From a virus (Duplodnaviria; Heunggongvirae; Uroviricota; Caudoviricetes): a stretch of DNA of 58,612 bases. The first letter of the stretch is position 1. Every line of letters starts with the position of its first letter. Shown here one piece after another: positions 24,636 to 32,842 of the stretch. Where the stretch lies: IMG/VR virus record IMGVR_UViG_3300035670_000048, positions 64,001-122,612 of that record. One strand, given 5' to 3'. The notes below the pieces were generated by a model. The model was not told where the DNA came from, made no database searches, and saw nothing but the letters and a program-made list of their open reading frames with translations. Position numbers and translations under genes: made by a program.

Positions 24636-24666
24636 AAAAAAGCCCCTAATCTTGCGGTTAGGGGCT
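24636..24666 (-). terminator. Intrinsic terminator (attenuator) immediately upstream of the tRNA array
   Basis: AGCCCCTAA-CCGCAAGA-TTAGGGGCT-TTTTT, ending 11 nt before tRNA-Ala. Confidence 0.85.
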
Positions 24667-24689
24667 GAATTTTATGTATTAGATACTTA

Positions 24690-24821
24690 TTATCTCATAT
24701 TCATATTCTTACCCCTGTCATTCTTATAATCACTCGCCGGTGTGCCAATAAACAGACATGCTCCCTGCCACGATCTCGTGTTGCGATTTAATTCGACAGT
24801 ATGTAAAAATGTATTTTGCAT
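24690..24821 (-). CDS. Putative attenuator leader peptide (43 aa) containing all 20 amino acids
   Basis: MQNTFLHTVELNRNTRSWQGACLFIGTPASDYKNDRGKNMNMR, then TAA TAA. Codons 36-39 (AGGGGTAAGAAT, 24716-24705) are complementary to ATTCAGCCCCT at the 5' arm of the terminator. Confidence 0.75.
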   Translation of the reverse strand: MQNTFLHTVELNRNTRSWQGACLFIGTPASDYKNDRGKNMNMR

Positions 24822-24837
24822 TGTTGCTTTTATGTTA

Positions 24838-24845
24838 ATAAATAT
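24838..24845 (-). promoter_or_regulatory. ATATTTAT motif (putative late promoter) upstream of the tRNA leader
   Basis: Same motif precedes sheath, tube, tape measure and homing endonuclease genes. Confidence 0.5.
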
Positions 24846-24874
24846 ATACAAATCAGGTTTCCCTTAACTTTCCT

Positions 24875-24891
24875 TAAATATAATTGAGAAA
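24875..24891 (-). promoter_or_regulatory. TTTCYYnATTATATTTA motif (putative early/host-sigma promoter) upstream of the tRNA leader
   Basis: TTTCTCAATTATATTTA; near-identical copies at 28158, 31553, 38562 and 43022. Confidence 0.5.
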
Positions 24892-24902
24892 TCTTTAATT
24901 TC

Positions 24903-25103
24903 CTAATCTTTTTGCAATTCTTGTTTTAATTTTTCGAGATATAAAATACCATCCATTAACTCTTCTTGTGCATGATTCACCCATGATAATTTATCCAAGT
25001 CAGTACGATCTAAATCAGTACCATACTTTTCTTTACCCATACGAGCTCTACGCTCAAATTTAGCAATAATACTTGCTACTACTGTGTCTACTTTAAATTC
25101 CAT
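24903..25103 (-). CDS. Hypothetical protein (helical; possible nucleotide pyrophosphohydrolase-like)
   Basis: RARMGKEKYGTDL...HAQEELMDGILYLEK. Confidence 0.7.
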   Translation of the reverse strand: MEFKVDTVVASIIAKFERRARMGKEKYGTDLDRTDLDKLSWVNHAQEELMDGILYLEKLKQELQKD

Positions 25104-25142
25104 ATTATAACTTTTATTTAATTGAATATACGAAGGAAATAT

Positions 25143-25781
25143 TTAAGGAACAAATTTAATGCCAGTCATTAATGAAATTTGTTCAACTTTTACTTCGTTG
25201 TTTGCAATACCGTCTTTATTTACTGTACTAGTGTTATTATCGAATAAATACGCTAGCCATTTTTTAGTTGATTTTACATATATTACTTTCCAGCATTTTT
25301 CAGGTACTGATACGGTACCGATTTTCTTTAATTCACCAATGTTTCCGGTCCATATTTTTAAATCACCATGTTCCTCAGCTAATTTACGTTCCATTGTTTC
25401 TACTGCTTTCCAATCACCTGCATTTAAAGTATGGTATTGGGCTGACATATTAGACATGTAGAAGCATTCGTCTTGTATTGATTGGGATTGGCATAAGTTA
25501 TCTGCTGCAGGCATCATATGGCCTCTATCAGTGCCTGATCCAACGTAATCTTTTAATGTATTTGTTTTATCTGGTAATAATGGATCTGGTTTGAATGTAT
25601 TTTTACGTTTTAAAGGCACGGGACATGTTACCATTGCTTTAGTTAGGTAATATTCTACAATTACTGGGTAACGCTTTGAGATTGAAAAGTGTGATGTGTA
25701 ATTGGTGTGTTTTAGAATTGAAATGTCTTGTGCTAAAGTACCAAACGATACTAGCAATAATAATAGTAATAATTTTTTCAT
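25143..25781 (-). CDS. DNA/RNA non-specific endonuclease with signal peptide
   Basis: DRGHMMPAAD, FYMSNMSAQ, LNAGDWK (His-Me finger, Serratia-nuclease family); MKKLLLLLLLVSFGTLA leader. Confidence 0.92.
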   Translation of the reverse strand: MKKLLLLLLLVSFGTLAQDISILKHTNYTSHFSISKRYPVIVEYYLTKAMVTCPVPLKRKNTFKPDPLLPDKTNTLKDYVGSGTDRGHMMPAADNLCQSQSIQDECFYMSNMSAQYHTLNAGDWKAVETMERKLAEEHGDLKIWTGNIGELKKIGTVSVPEKCWKVIYVKSTKKWLAYLFDNNTSTVNKDGIANNEVKVEQISLMTGIKFVP

Positions 25782-25784
25782 GTT

Positions 25785-25862
25785 TTAATATATTTTAGAT
25801 AATTTGTACATTATATACACACATATAAATACACCAACTACTACTCCTATTTTATACAGCAT
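25785..25862 (-). CDS. Very small hydrophobic protein (25 aa)
   Basis: MLYKIGVVVGVFICVYIMYKLSKIY; overlaps the upstream stop. Confidence 0.4.
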   Translation of the reverse strand: MLYKIGVVVGVFICVYIMYKLSKIY

Positions 25863-26022
25863 TGTCCTCTGATTTAATTAATGATGGATTTTTTTCTAAT
25901 ATGTTTGCAATCGCATATACGATTTCTTCTGGTCCAAAATGTGTTTTCCAATCTAATTCATCGGCTACTTGATTTACCCACTCCATATATAATCTATGTA
26001 ATTCTTCTTTATCTATTTGCAT
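25852..26022 (-). CDS. Hypothetical protein (56 aa)
   Basis: MQIDKEELHRLYMEWVNQVADELDWKTHFGPEEIVYAIANILEKNPSLIKSEDNAV (manual translation). Confidence 0.65.
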   Translation of the reverse strand: MQIDKEELHRLYMEWVNQVADELDWKTHFGPEEIVYAIANILEKNPSLIKSEDNAV

Positions 26023-26025
26023 ATT

Positions 26026-26202
26026 TTATTTTTTGTAAATGTCCATATGTTTGATTACGAATCCTAATCCAAGTACTACTTTATTTGATCCAATAAATAC
26101 ATCCCAATCTTCATCGTACGTATAAATGATAGGATCGCTACTTCTTGTTTTCCATTGCTTAGGCATTAATGATGGAAATACAGTATATAATATTTTTTTC
26201 AT
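26026..26202 (-). CDS. Hypothetical protein (58 aa)
   Basis: MKKILYTVFPSLMPKQWKTRSSDPIIYTYDEDWDVFIG...; abuts the thyA stop. Confidence 0.6.
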   Translation of the reverse strand: MKKILYTVFPSLMPKQWKTRSSDPIIYTYDEDWDVFIGSNKVVLGLGFVIKHMDIYKK

Positions 26203-26203
26203 A

Positions 26204-27346
26204 TTAATTTGATAATGGTGCTTTAATTCCTGAATGTGACTCGTATCCGATTAACTCGAAGCAATCTGGACGATATGATAATATTTTTTCACTAAATGTT
26301 TTTGGTCCTAATCGTTCTTTAACTAACTCATGTTGGTACCAATTACGTTCAGTAATGTTTACTTTAGGTAAGTTAAATGGTTTGCGTAGAATCTGCATTT
26401 TGGCTTGTTCAATGTGATTTGAATATAAATGCACGTCGCCTAAATTTCCAATCAATTCATCAGGTACCATATTCACTTCTTTAGCTAGTATTTCAAGTAA
26501 TAGAGCATATGAAGCAATATTAAATGGTAATCCTAAGAACGTATCTACTGAACGTTGATTCCACATTAGAGAGATTGCTCGAGTTGGTAGATTGAATTTA
26601 TCCAAATATGAATGCGATGGGTATGCCATTCTATCCCAAGGAATAGGTTCATCTGATCTATAATATTTAAGTCTTGATTCCCATCGTTCCTTAATATCCA
26701 ACTCTCTCGTATAAATTTGAAATCCATAATGACAAGGTGGAAGAATCATTTCGTCTAATTGGCCCACATTCCAAGCACTTACCATTAATCTTCTACTATC
26801 TGGATTTGTTTTAAGTTCGTTTATTAGATTTTGGATTTGGTCTATTTCTTCACCTACTTTTAGCCAACTTCTCCATTGTTTACCATAGATTGGTCCTAAT
26901 TCACCCCATCGTTCGGCAAACTCTTTATCGGTTTTAATATTTTTGATAAATTCTTCTTTTGTTAGTGGTGTAAGTTCATCGGAGTTACTAAACCATTTTT
27001 CAATATGAGGTTGCATTCCCATAATATCACCACTTTTGTAACCATCAATTACATTATCAATTGTTTTACTATAATTCTTATATGCATCACCATCCCAAAT
27101 ATGGCAATCGTAATCCAATAGGAATTTGATATTAGTATCTCCACGTAAAAACCATAGTAATTCAGCTACGATTGATTTCCACGCCATCTTTTTAGTGGTT
27201 AAAAGTGGAAACCCATCAGACATTTTATGGCGAATCTGACGTCCAAATACAGATATTGTACCGGTACCTGTTCTATCAGATTTAACTATACCGTTATCTA
27301 AAATGTCTTGTAATAATGCTTGATATGATTTATCAATATTGTTCAT
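26204..27346 (-). CDS. thyA: Thymidylate synthase
   Basis: DRTGTGT, GPIYGKQWR, DSRRLMVSAWN, LPPCHY, QRSVDTFLGLPFNIASY, GDVHLYSNH. Confidence 0.97.
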   Translation of the reverse strand: MNNIDKSYQALLQDILDNGIVKSDRTGTGTISVFGRQIRHKMSDGFPLLTTKKMAWKSIVAELLWFLRGDTNIKFLLDYDCHIWDGDAYKNYSKTIDNVIDGYKSGDIMGMQPHIEKWFSNSDELTPLTKEEFIKNIKTDKEFAERWGELGPIYGKQWRSWLKVGEEIDQIQNLINELKTNPDSRRLMVSAWNVGQLDEMILPPCHYGFQIYTRELDIKERWESRLKYYRSDEPIPWDRMAYPSHSYLDKFNLPTRAISLMWNQRSVDTFLGLPFNIASYALLLEILAKEVNMVPDELIGNLGDVHLYSNHIEQAKMQILRKPFNLPKVNITERNWYQHELVKERLGPKTFSEKILSYRPDCFELIGYESHSGIKAPLSN

Positions 27347-27653
27347 AACGGGATTGTTGTTTTAATGTTTCTTTGTATTTTTGACGTCTAAATCTACGTT
27401 GGTGTTCGCAATCATATATGATTTGTTCATATATTTGTTCTTTATGATCGCATCCATCAATATAAAGTCGTAATTCATTTTGTAACGAGTCATTTGCTTG
27501 TTTTAATGAATCAACTTGTAATTCAGACATTGATTTTTGTGCTACACCATTGGGTTTAATTACTAAATGAAATAATAATTGAAATGAAATAAATCCTACA
27601 ATAAATGCTATTACTGCTTTTGTTTTACCTCCAAACGGTTGTGTATCTGCCAT
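27333..27653 (-). CDS. Single-TM coiled-coil protein
   Basis: Hydrophobic residues 12-32, then heptad pattern. Confidence 0.7.
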   Translation of the reverse strand: MADTQPFGGKTKAVIAFIVGFISFQLLFHLVIKPNGVAQKSMSELQVDSLKQANDSLQNELRLYIDGCDHKEQIYEQIIYDCEHQRRFRRQKYKETLKQQSRYEQY

Positions 27654-27912
27654 GTCTGTATACTGATTTTGGTTTTTTTGCTCTAGGTTGTTTTAATGAT
27701 CGCGTTACTCGATTATCGTCTTCGGGTGGCACTCGCCTATAATCATCTTTAGTATCGTATGAATAGCGTATATCACTGTCGGTAAGCCAAGTTTCGTATG
27801 AGTGTGTGTTGTTGGATGGAAATTCAATATACACGTAGTATCTCTCGTGTTCTATGCGTAATATATCACCAACACCTAAATCCGTAACTATACGTTGTCC
27901 AACTTCGTACAT
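27625..27912 (-). CDS. Hypothetical protein
   Basis: 95 aa ORF in an overlapping gene run. Confidence 0.7.
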   Translation of the reverse strand: MYEVGQRIVTDLGVGDILRIEHERYYVYIEFPSNNTHSYETWLTDSDIRYSYDTKDDYRRVPPEDDNRVTRSLKQPRAKKPKSVYRHGRYTTVWR

Positions 27913-27915
27913 TGC

Positions 27916-28140
27916 TTATCCTAATAATTGTTCTAAATCGATATTGCGTTCATTCATCATTTCGATGAACTTTTGTCTGTATTCGTATGCTTCTGGCTTA
28001 TCACCATGTTTGTATTCTGATCGTAGATGTTGATCATATTCCCATAGCATCAGTACTAGATCTAAAGACATAGTTGCTCGTAAATGTGCCATTCTATCGT
28101 CGGCATCATTTAAATCATACGTTAATGTTGCTGTTGCCAT
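27916..28140 (-). CDS. Hypothetical protein
   Basis: 74 aa, AATAAAAGTTATG start, promoter-like motif upstream. Confidence 0.75.
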   Translation of the reverse strand: MATATLTYDLNDADDRMAHLRATMSLDLVLMLWEYDQHLRSEYKHGDKPEAYEYRQKFIEMMNERNIDLEQLLG

Positions 28141-28182
28141 AACTTTTATTTTACTCTTAAATATAATCAGGAAAGGACCGAA

Positions 28183-28332
28183 TTAACGGCCCTGTCCAAC
28201 ATTTAGTTTAACATAGTTTTTACTATGCTTATGTGATGATGTTTTTGTTTTAGCATGAACACCTGGTCTTCTTTTTTTAGATTTGTATTTGTAAATACTT
28301 GAAGACGATACTGAAGATTTAGCTTTAGCCAT
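28183..28332 (-). CDS. Small, very basic protein (49 aa)
   Basis: MAKAKSSVSSSSIYKYKSKKRRPGVHAKTKTSSHKHSKNYVKLNVGQGR; ATATTTAT upstream, hairpin across the stop. Confidence 0.75.
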   Translation of the reverse strand: MAKAKSSVSSSSIYKYKSKKRRPGVHAKTKTSSHKHSKNYVKLNVGQGR

Positions 28333-28387
28333 TTGTATAACAAGTTAAGGGTTTAGTATAAATATACTAAATCCCTTTTTCTCATTA

Positions 28388-29170
28388 TTACACACCTCTT
28401 TGGTCTGCGTAAGCTATAATGTGGTCTCTACCTGAGAAATTATATGCATTTTTCGTGCAGAAATCTAATACCATAGGATAAGTACGAATTAATTCATCGC
28501 GTGAATCTCCTGGAGGCATCAGCCACGTTTTGTGTTTTGGTATATTAAAACGCTTACGGAATGATTCAACTTCAGCCCATATTTCCGGTTGTTCTACTGG
28601 ATTTACTACGGGTTTGAAGTGATAGTTCTTGTGGTATGCTAGTAATTGACGAATTGCATCGTATTTTCCTCTAAATTTATTATGTTGATCGATAAATTTC
28701 TGATCAACGATTTTCTCAGTATTAATAATTTTAGTACCTAATACTGGAACCGAATTAGAGAATTTAGGCGATAATGAAATAACATCAATGCGGTGATCTG
28801 TAATTAGTGGATGTGATCCTTCAGTCTCCATCGTTACAATACCTTTCTTAGCATGTAATGCTTTAAATAGATTGATAATCTCATTACATAATTCAGGATG
28901 CATCGTTGGTGATCCACCAGTTAACATCAAGTGATTGATATCCCAGTTATCGGCAAAGAATTGTTTAATGTCTTGTAATGTAAATTTACCTTTTTCTGGT
29001 GTAATCGATGTATAAAATGAATCACACCATCCACCTTCACCAAAGTAACAACGGTGAGTACACCCTGTAGTACGTACAATAATGTGTGGTCTGCCGGCTA
29101 ATGAGCCTTCAGTCTGCACACATCTATACATTTCTACAATAGGCTGATTTTTAGTATAATCTAGTGCCAT
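28388..29170 (-). CDS. queE: 7-carboxy-7-deazaguanine synthase (radical SAM)
   Basis: EMYRCVQTEG, IVRTTGC, WCDS, LMLTGGSP, ETEGS, SLSPK; adjacent to queC/queD. Confidence 0.88.
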   Translation of the reverse strand: MALDYTKNQPIVEMYRCVQTEGSLAGRPHIIVRTTGCTHRCYFGEGGWCDSFYTSITPEKGKFTLQDIKQFFADNWDINHLMLTGGSPTMHPELCNEIINLFKALHAKKGIVTMETEGSHPLITDHRIDVISLSPKFSNSVPVLGTKIINTEKIVDQKFIDQHNKFRGKYDAIRQLLAYHKNYHFKPVVNPVEQPEIWAEVESFRKRFNIPKHKTWLMPPGDSRDELIRTYPMVLDFCTKNAYNFSGRDHIIAYADQRGV

Positions 29171-29384
29171 CTTGTTTTTCTTTTAGTTTTTGACGTTTAG
29201 CTAATTTTTTATCTATAACTACTTCTGCATTAATATCCACCTCAATGGTTTTCTTATTTGCATCGCGTACTTTAGTTTTCCATTCCGATTTAGGAACGAA
29301 TGACCATCCATGTACTTTTACTTTGTTATCAGCGTCTTGGTCTGATACTCTACGGATTTCATCTCCTTTTTTGATACACTTCAT
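29151..29384 (-). CDS. Hypothetical basic protein
   Basis: 77 aa, GWSFVPKSEWK. Confidence 0.7.
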   Translation of the reverse strand: MKCIKKGDEIRRVSDQDADNKVKVHGWSFVPKSEWKTKVRDANKKTIEVDINAEVVIDKKLAKRQKLKEKQDGTRLY

Positions 29385-29385
29385 A

Positions 29386-29592
29386 TTATTTTATTATTTT
29401 ATGTTCTATATTATTTTCAGTTAGCATTTTAGAGAATATATCAGCTAATTTTAATATATCTTCACCGTTTACTAATTCAACTTTAATAGCATTACCTTGC
29501 CAACTAAATGTTATGCTGAATGGAGTTGGGGTTAATGTAATTATTGGTTGTAAGTCTGTTGTTAATTTAAAATTATCATTTGTATCTTCCAT
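29386..29592 (-). CDS. Hypothetical protein
   Basis: 68 aa ORF with tight packing. Confidence 0.65.
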   Translation of the reverse strand: MEDTNDNFKLTTDLQPIITLTPTPFSITFSWQGNAIKVELVNGEDILKLADIFSKMLTENNIEHKIIK

Positions 29593-29593
29593 A

Positions 29594-29845
29594 TTATTTT
29601 ATTCTATATTGTAATGATGACATTCCACCGTTTACTCTTCTTGTTACTTTTAAAATTTGTTTCGGATTTAATACACCCATTCCAACATTACCACTAGATG
29701 TTATTCGCATACGTTCATATGGATGTGGATATCCTATACCTTCAAATCCAGTAGAAGTAATTCTAAGTGGTGATGATTTTGATTCGGGTATAAATGCAGC
29801 ACCTACTAATACACCTAATGATTTGATAAAGCTACTACGTTTCAT
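29594..29845 (-). CDS. Hypothetical protein with Tat-like leader and tail-fibre-like motif
   Basis: MKRSSFIKSLGVLVGAAF; ERMRITSSGNVGMG. Confidence 0.6.
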   Translation of the reverse strand: MKRSSFIKSLGVLVGAAFIPESKSSPLRITSTGFEGIGYPHPYERMRITSSGNVGMGVLNPKQILKVTRRVNGGMSSLQYRIK

Positions 29846-29979
29846 TTGAATTTTAATTTAATTACTTGTTGAATGTAAGTAAGAAAGTGCAAATCACCAG
29901 CAAGTAATGTTAAAATGTTAGGGTGGGCGTCTCCACACCCACCTAACAAATGACTAATAATGTGTCTAATTTCCTCCAT
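29842..29979 (-). CDS. Hypothetical protein (45 aa)
   Basis: MEEIRHIISHLLGGCGDAHPNILTLLAGDLHFLTYIQQVIKLKFK; ATGA overlap with the next gene. Confidence 0.6.
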   Translation of the reverse strand: MEEIRHIISHLLGGCGDAHPNILTLLAGDLHFLTYIQQVIKLKFK

Positions 29980-29982
29980 AAC

Positions 29983-30438
29983 TTATTTTAAGTATTCTTC
30001 TAATGTAATGTTATTTTGTTTTTCTAAATGGTGGAATTCTCTATGACAATTTGAACATAAAGGAATGCATTTTTTAATTTCTTTAAAAGTATCTTCTATA
30101 GATTTGTACTGCCATGCATTACCTATTGCTATAGATTTAGTGGTTGGATCAATGTGATGAAAATCTAAAAGATAATATCTAGTTTCTTTACATTTAGAAC
30201 AGCATAATGTTTGTTTATATTCATTTACTGTTTCTTTGTATTTTCGTTTGAATTCTTTTTGATATTCTCTCCATTGATCCTTATTCTTATTATAATTAGC
30301 TTTAGTAGTTTCTCTTACACATGCTTTACAATAATATTCCCACCCATCTTTTTTACTTTTTCTGTGATGCCAAAATTCTTTAGTTAATGGTTTATCACTA
30401 TTACACTTAGTACAATGTTTTGTTTCCATGATTATCAT
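29983..30438 (-). mobile_element. Free-standing HNH homing endonuclease with N-terminal Zn-ribbon
   Basis: CTKC...CKAC; CSKC, LDFHHID, CIPLCSNCHREFH. Confidence 0.85.
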
Positions 30439-30481
30439 TTATAATAAATATGTGACAATCTTAGAAGAATAATGGTCGCTA

Positions 30482-31288
30482 TTATTTATTTTTCCATTCC
30501 TCCAAAACACTTTCAGCATGTGCTTTAGCAACATCCCAACTAACAGGACCCGTCTCATCTTCGTACTGAACAGGATCAGGGCGTCCTAATCGAATAAAAG
30601 CTTCAATTCGTTCTACTGATGCTGCTGATTTGTAATCACTGTTTCCTGAAGGATAGGGTTTGTAAGAAGTATTTGTACGTTTATATACTTTATCAAAATC
30701 TAATCCTAATGCTTCACATGATACTAAACCATCTTCTAGAATATCATACTTCATAACTTCTAAATATGGAGTATAATATGTTACTAATTCAGAATCCCAA
30801 TTCCCAACTTTAAAAGCATGTAAATCAGCATCGCGAAATTCAGCTCTGCAGTCGGGGTAAACACTCTCATCTCCTTTATGAATACCCATCGCGATTGCTA
30901 CTTCTTGCTTATCGCCTTTGGTTGCAACTGACAATGCTGCTGCTTGAATCAATGAAGCAAAAATTTTATTACGATTAGGTACAACAGTTTCTTTCATGTT
31001 GTCTTGTTCGTAATGTCCTTCTGGTACATCGTTTCCACCTGTAACTAATGCTGAATGGAGTAAGTTCTGCAATCCATCTAATTTAATAATTTGATGTGTT
31101 ACTGGTTGTCCTTTACTTTGTAGATAATCAACTAATGAAGCGGCACGTTCTAATTCAACACGGTGTTTTTGGCCGTAATCGAATCCTAATGCTGTAACTT
31201 CATAGCCATTAGCTAATAAGTGAAGTAATAATGTTGAGGAATCCATTCCTCCGGATAGTGATAAAACTGCTTTTTTTGTACTAGACAT
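30482..31288 (-). CDS. queC: 7-cyano-7-deazaguanine (preQ0) synthase
   Basis: AVLSLSGGMDS, FDYGQKH, TVVPNRN, YPDCRAEF. Confidence 0.93.
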   Translation of the reverse strand: MSSTKKAVLSLSGGMDSSTLLLHLLANGYEVTALGFDYGQKHRVELERAASLVDYLQSKGQPVTHQIIKLDGLQNLLHSALVTGGNDVPEGHYEQDNMKETVVPNRNKIFASLIQAAALSVATKGDKQEVAIAMGIHKGDESVYPDCRAEFRDADLHAFKVGNWDSELVTYYTPYLEVMKYDILEDGLVSCEALGLDFDKVYKRTNTSYKPYPSGNSDYKSAASVERIEAFIRLGRPDPVQYEDETGPVSWDVAKAHAESVLEEWKNK

Positions 31289-31326
31289 AATATTATAAAA
31301 TATAAGATTGGAACGTATTAGTTTAT

Positions 31327-31530
31327 TTATCGATTAGTTCCGATAACCGATTTTATTTTAAAGAACTCGTCTAAAAATGTTTTTTCGTATAACATAACTT
31401 TTCCAGTATATCGTGGATTAGATACATCACGAGTTTCAATTTTAGTTTTTTTAAATGCAGCATAATCAGCTACTTGTTTACCTAATTCAGCACCAGCTGC
31501 GCGACCTAAATAATCATATAATGATAACAT
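31327..31530 (-). CDS. Hypothetical protein
   Basis: MLSLYDYLGRAAG; promoter-like motif upstream. Confidence 0.75.
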   Translation of the reverse strand: MLSLYDYLGRAAGAELGKQVADYAAFKKTKIETRDVSNPRYTGKVMLYEKTFLDEFFKIKSVIGTNR

Positions 31531-31569
31531 AACTTTTATTTTGTTTATACTATAAATGTAACTAAGAAA

Positions 31570-32049
31570 TTATAGTGCTGTATATTCTTCTTCGTATGAA
31601 GCTGAATTACGTCCGTTTTCAAATACTTCTACTTTAGCTACTCTAACTCGATAATGTGTTTCGTCTTGAACGAATTCATTGATCTTTTTAAATAGGTACT
31701 CAGCAAAACGTTCAGCACCAACACTAGGTAAAATACGTAACTGGATAATTCCGTCTTCTGCCATTTGTTTGAATTGCTCTAAATATGGATCATCTTCAGA
31801 AATGATTGTTGTGTGGTCTAATAAATAATCGAACCACTGTTTTGGATTCATTCCATCGATATTGCCGTTAGCACGTTTCATACCGCCGAAATCCCATACC
31901 CAATTGCGTTCGTCTAAATCCCCTTCGAAATCAACTTTAAAGGATACTGCATATCCATGTAAGAATCTACAGTGAGTACCTTCTGCTCTCCATTGTCTAA
32001 ATACTGTAGAAAATCCATCATATAGTTTTGATGATTTAAATGTAATCAT
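31570..32049 (-). CDS. queD: 6-carboxy-tetrahydropterin synthase (PTPS family)
   Basis: HCRFLHGY, WDFGG, LDHT, GAERFAE, EVFENGRNSASY. Confidence 0.92.
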   Translation of the reverse strand: MITFKSSKLYDGFSTVFRQWRAEGTHCRFLHGYAVSFKVDFEGDLDERNWVWDFGGMKRANGNIDGMNPKQWFDYLLDHTTIISEDDPYLEQFKQMAEDGIIQLRILPSVGAERFAEYLFKKINEFVQDETHYRVRVAKVEVFENGRNSASYEEEYTAL

Positions 32050-32840
32050 GATAGTAATGATTTAAAATGTTTAACGTTATATAATACGTCAGAAACTTGT
32101 TGAGGAGTTAATCGCTGATCAAAGAATGTTTCTAACTTTTCTTTCGGTTTGTCTAATAATACTTCAGATGGATATCTACCATGTTTTAAACCATAGATAA
32201 CTGGATTTGATGTATCGATTGTTTTAATAAATTCGTATTGTTTTCCTTTGTAATTGGAAAATTCATTAGGTAATGTAGCACCTAATAAGTGGTGATGGAT
32301 ATTGCTACTAAATCCTTTTAATGACGGAAGCATATTAACGAATCTAATACGTCCATTCATTAAGCTAAGTAACTCGTTTTGATGCTGATATAATTCCTTG
32401 TAAAATACACCAGCGTGATTTAATGCAATATGTGTGTAGCCTAACTCAATAAATTTACTATATGTTAGCATAGCATCAGATACTGTTTTAGCTTGCACTA
32501 CTGCCATTAATTTCGTTGTTGAGGGAATTTTATCTGCATAGTAGTCGATCCACTTCTTAGCATTTTTAACTGTTGTTTCAGGATCATTCCAAGCATCAGG
32601 AGTAATGAATATACTTGGTTTAATATCGTTGATTTTCTCGAGTAAATCCTCGATCGTATGCGATACTCCTTCAAATAAACCATTGTCCATGATGATTAAA
32701 TCACCACGTTCTGATGCGCTTTTAAAGAATTGATGGTACTGTTCGTTTTCTAATAAATGAGGTAAGCAATAATGATAATCATTAAATTTTAACGATGCAT
32801 CTAATAGATCTAATGGTACTTCATGTGAAATAAGGGCCAT
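32046..32840 (-). CDS. tRNA-guanine transglycosylase / DpdA-like TIM-barrel protein (tentative)
   Basis: IIMDNGLFE, PDAW, MAVVQ, HHLLG, IDTSNP resemble the DSG / HxLG / DS motifs of TGT-fold enzymes; adjacent to queD. Confidence 0.5.
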   Translation of the reverse strand: MALISHEVPLDLLDASLKFNDYHYCLPHLLENEQYHQFFKSASERGDLIIMDNGLFEGVSHTIEDLLEKINDIKPSIFITPDAWNDPETTVKNAKKWIDYYADKIPSTTKLMAVVQAKTVSDAMLTYSKFIELGYTHIALNHAGVFYKELYQHQNELLSLMNGRIRFVNMLPSLKGFSSNIHHHLLGATLPNEFSNYKGKQYEFIKTIDTSNPVIYGLKHGRYPSEVLLDKPKEKLETFFDQRLTPQQVSDVLYNVKHFKSLLS

Positions 32841-32842
32841 AA

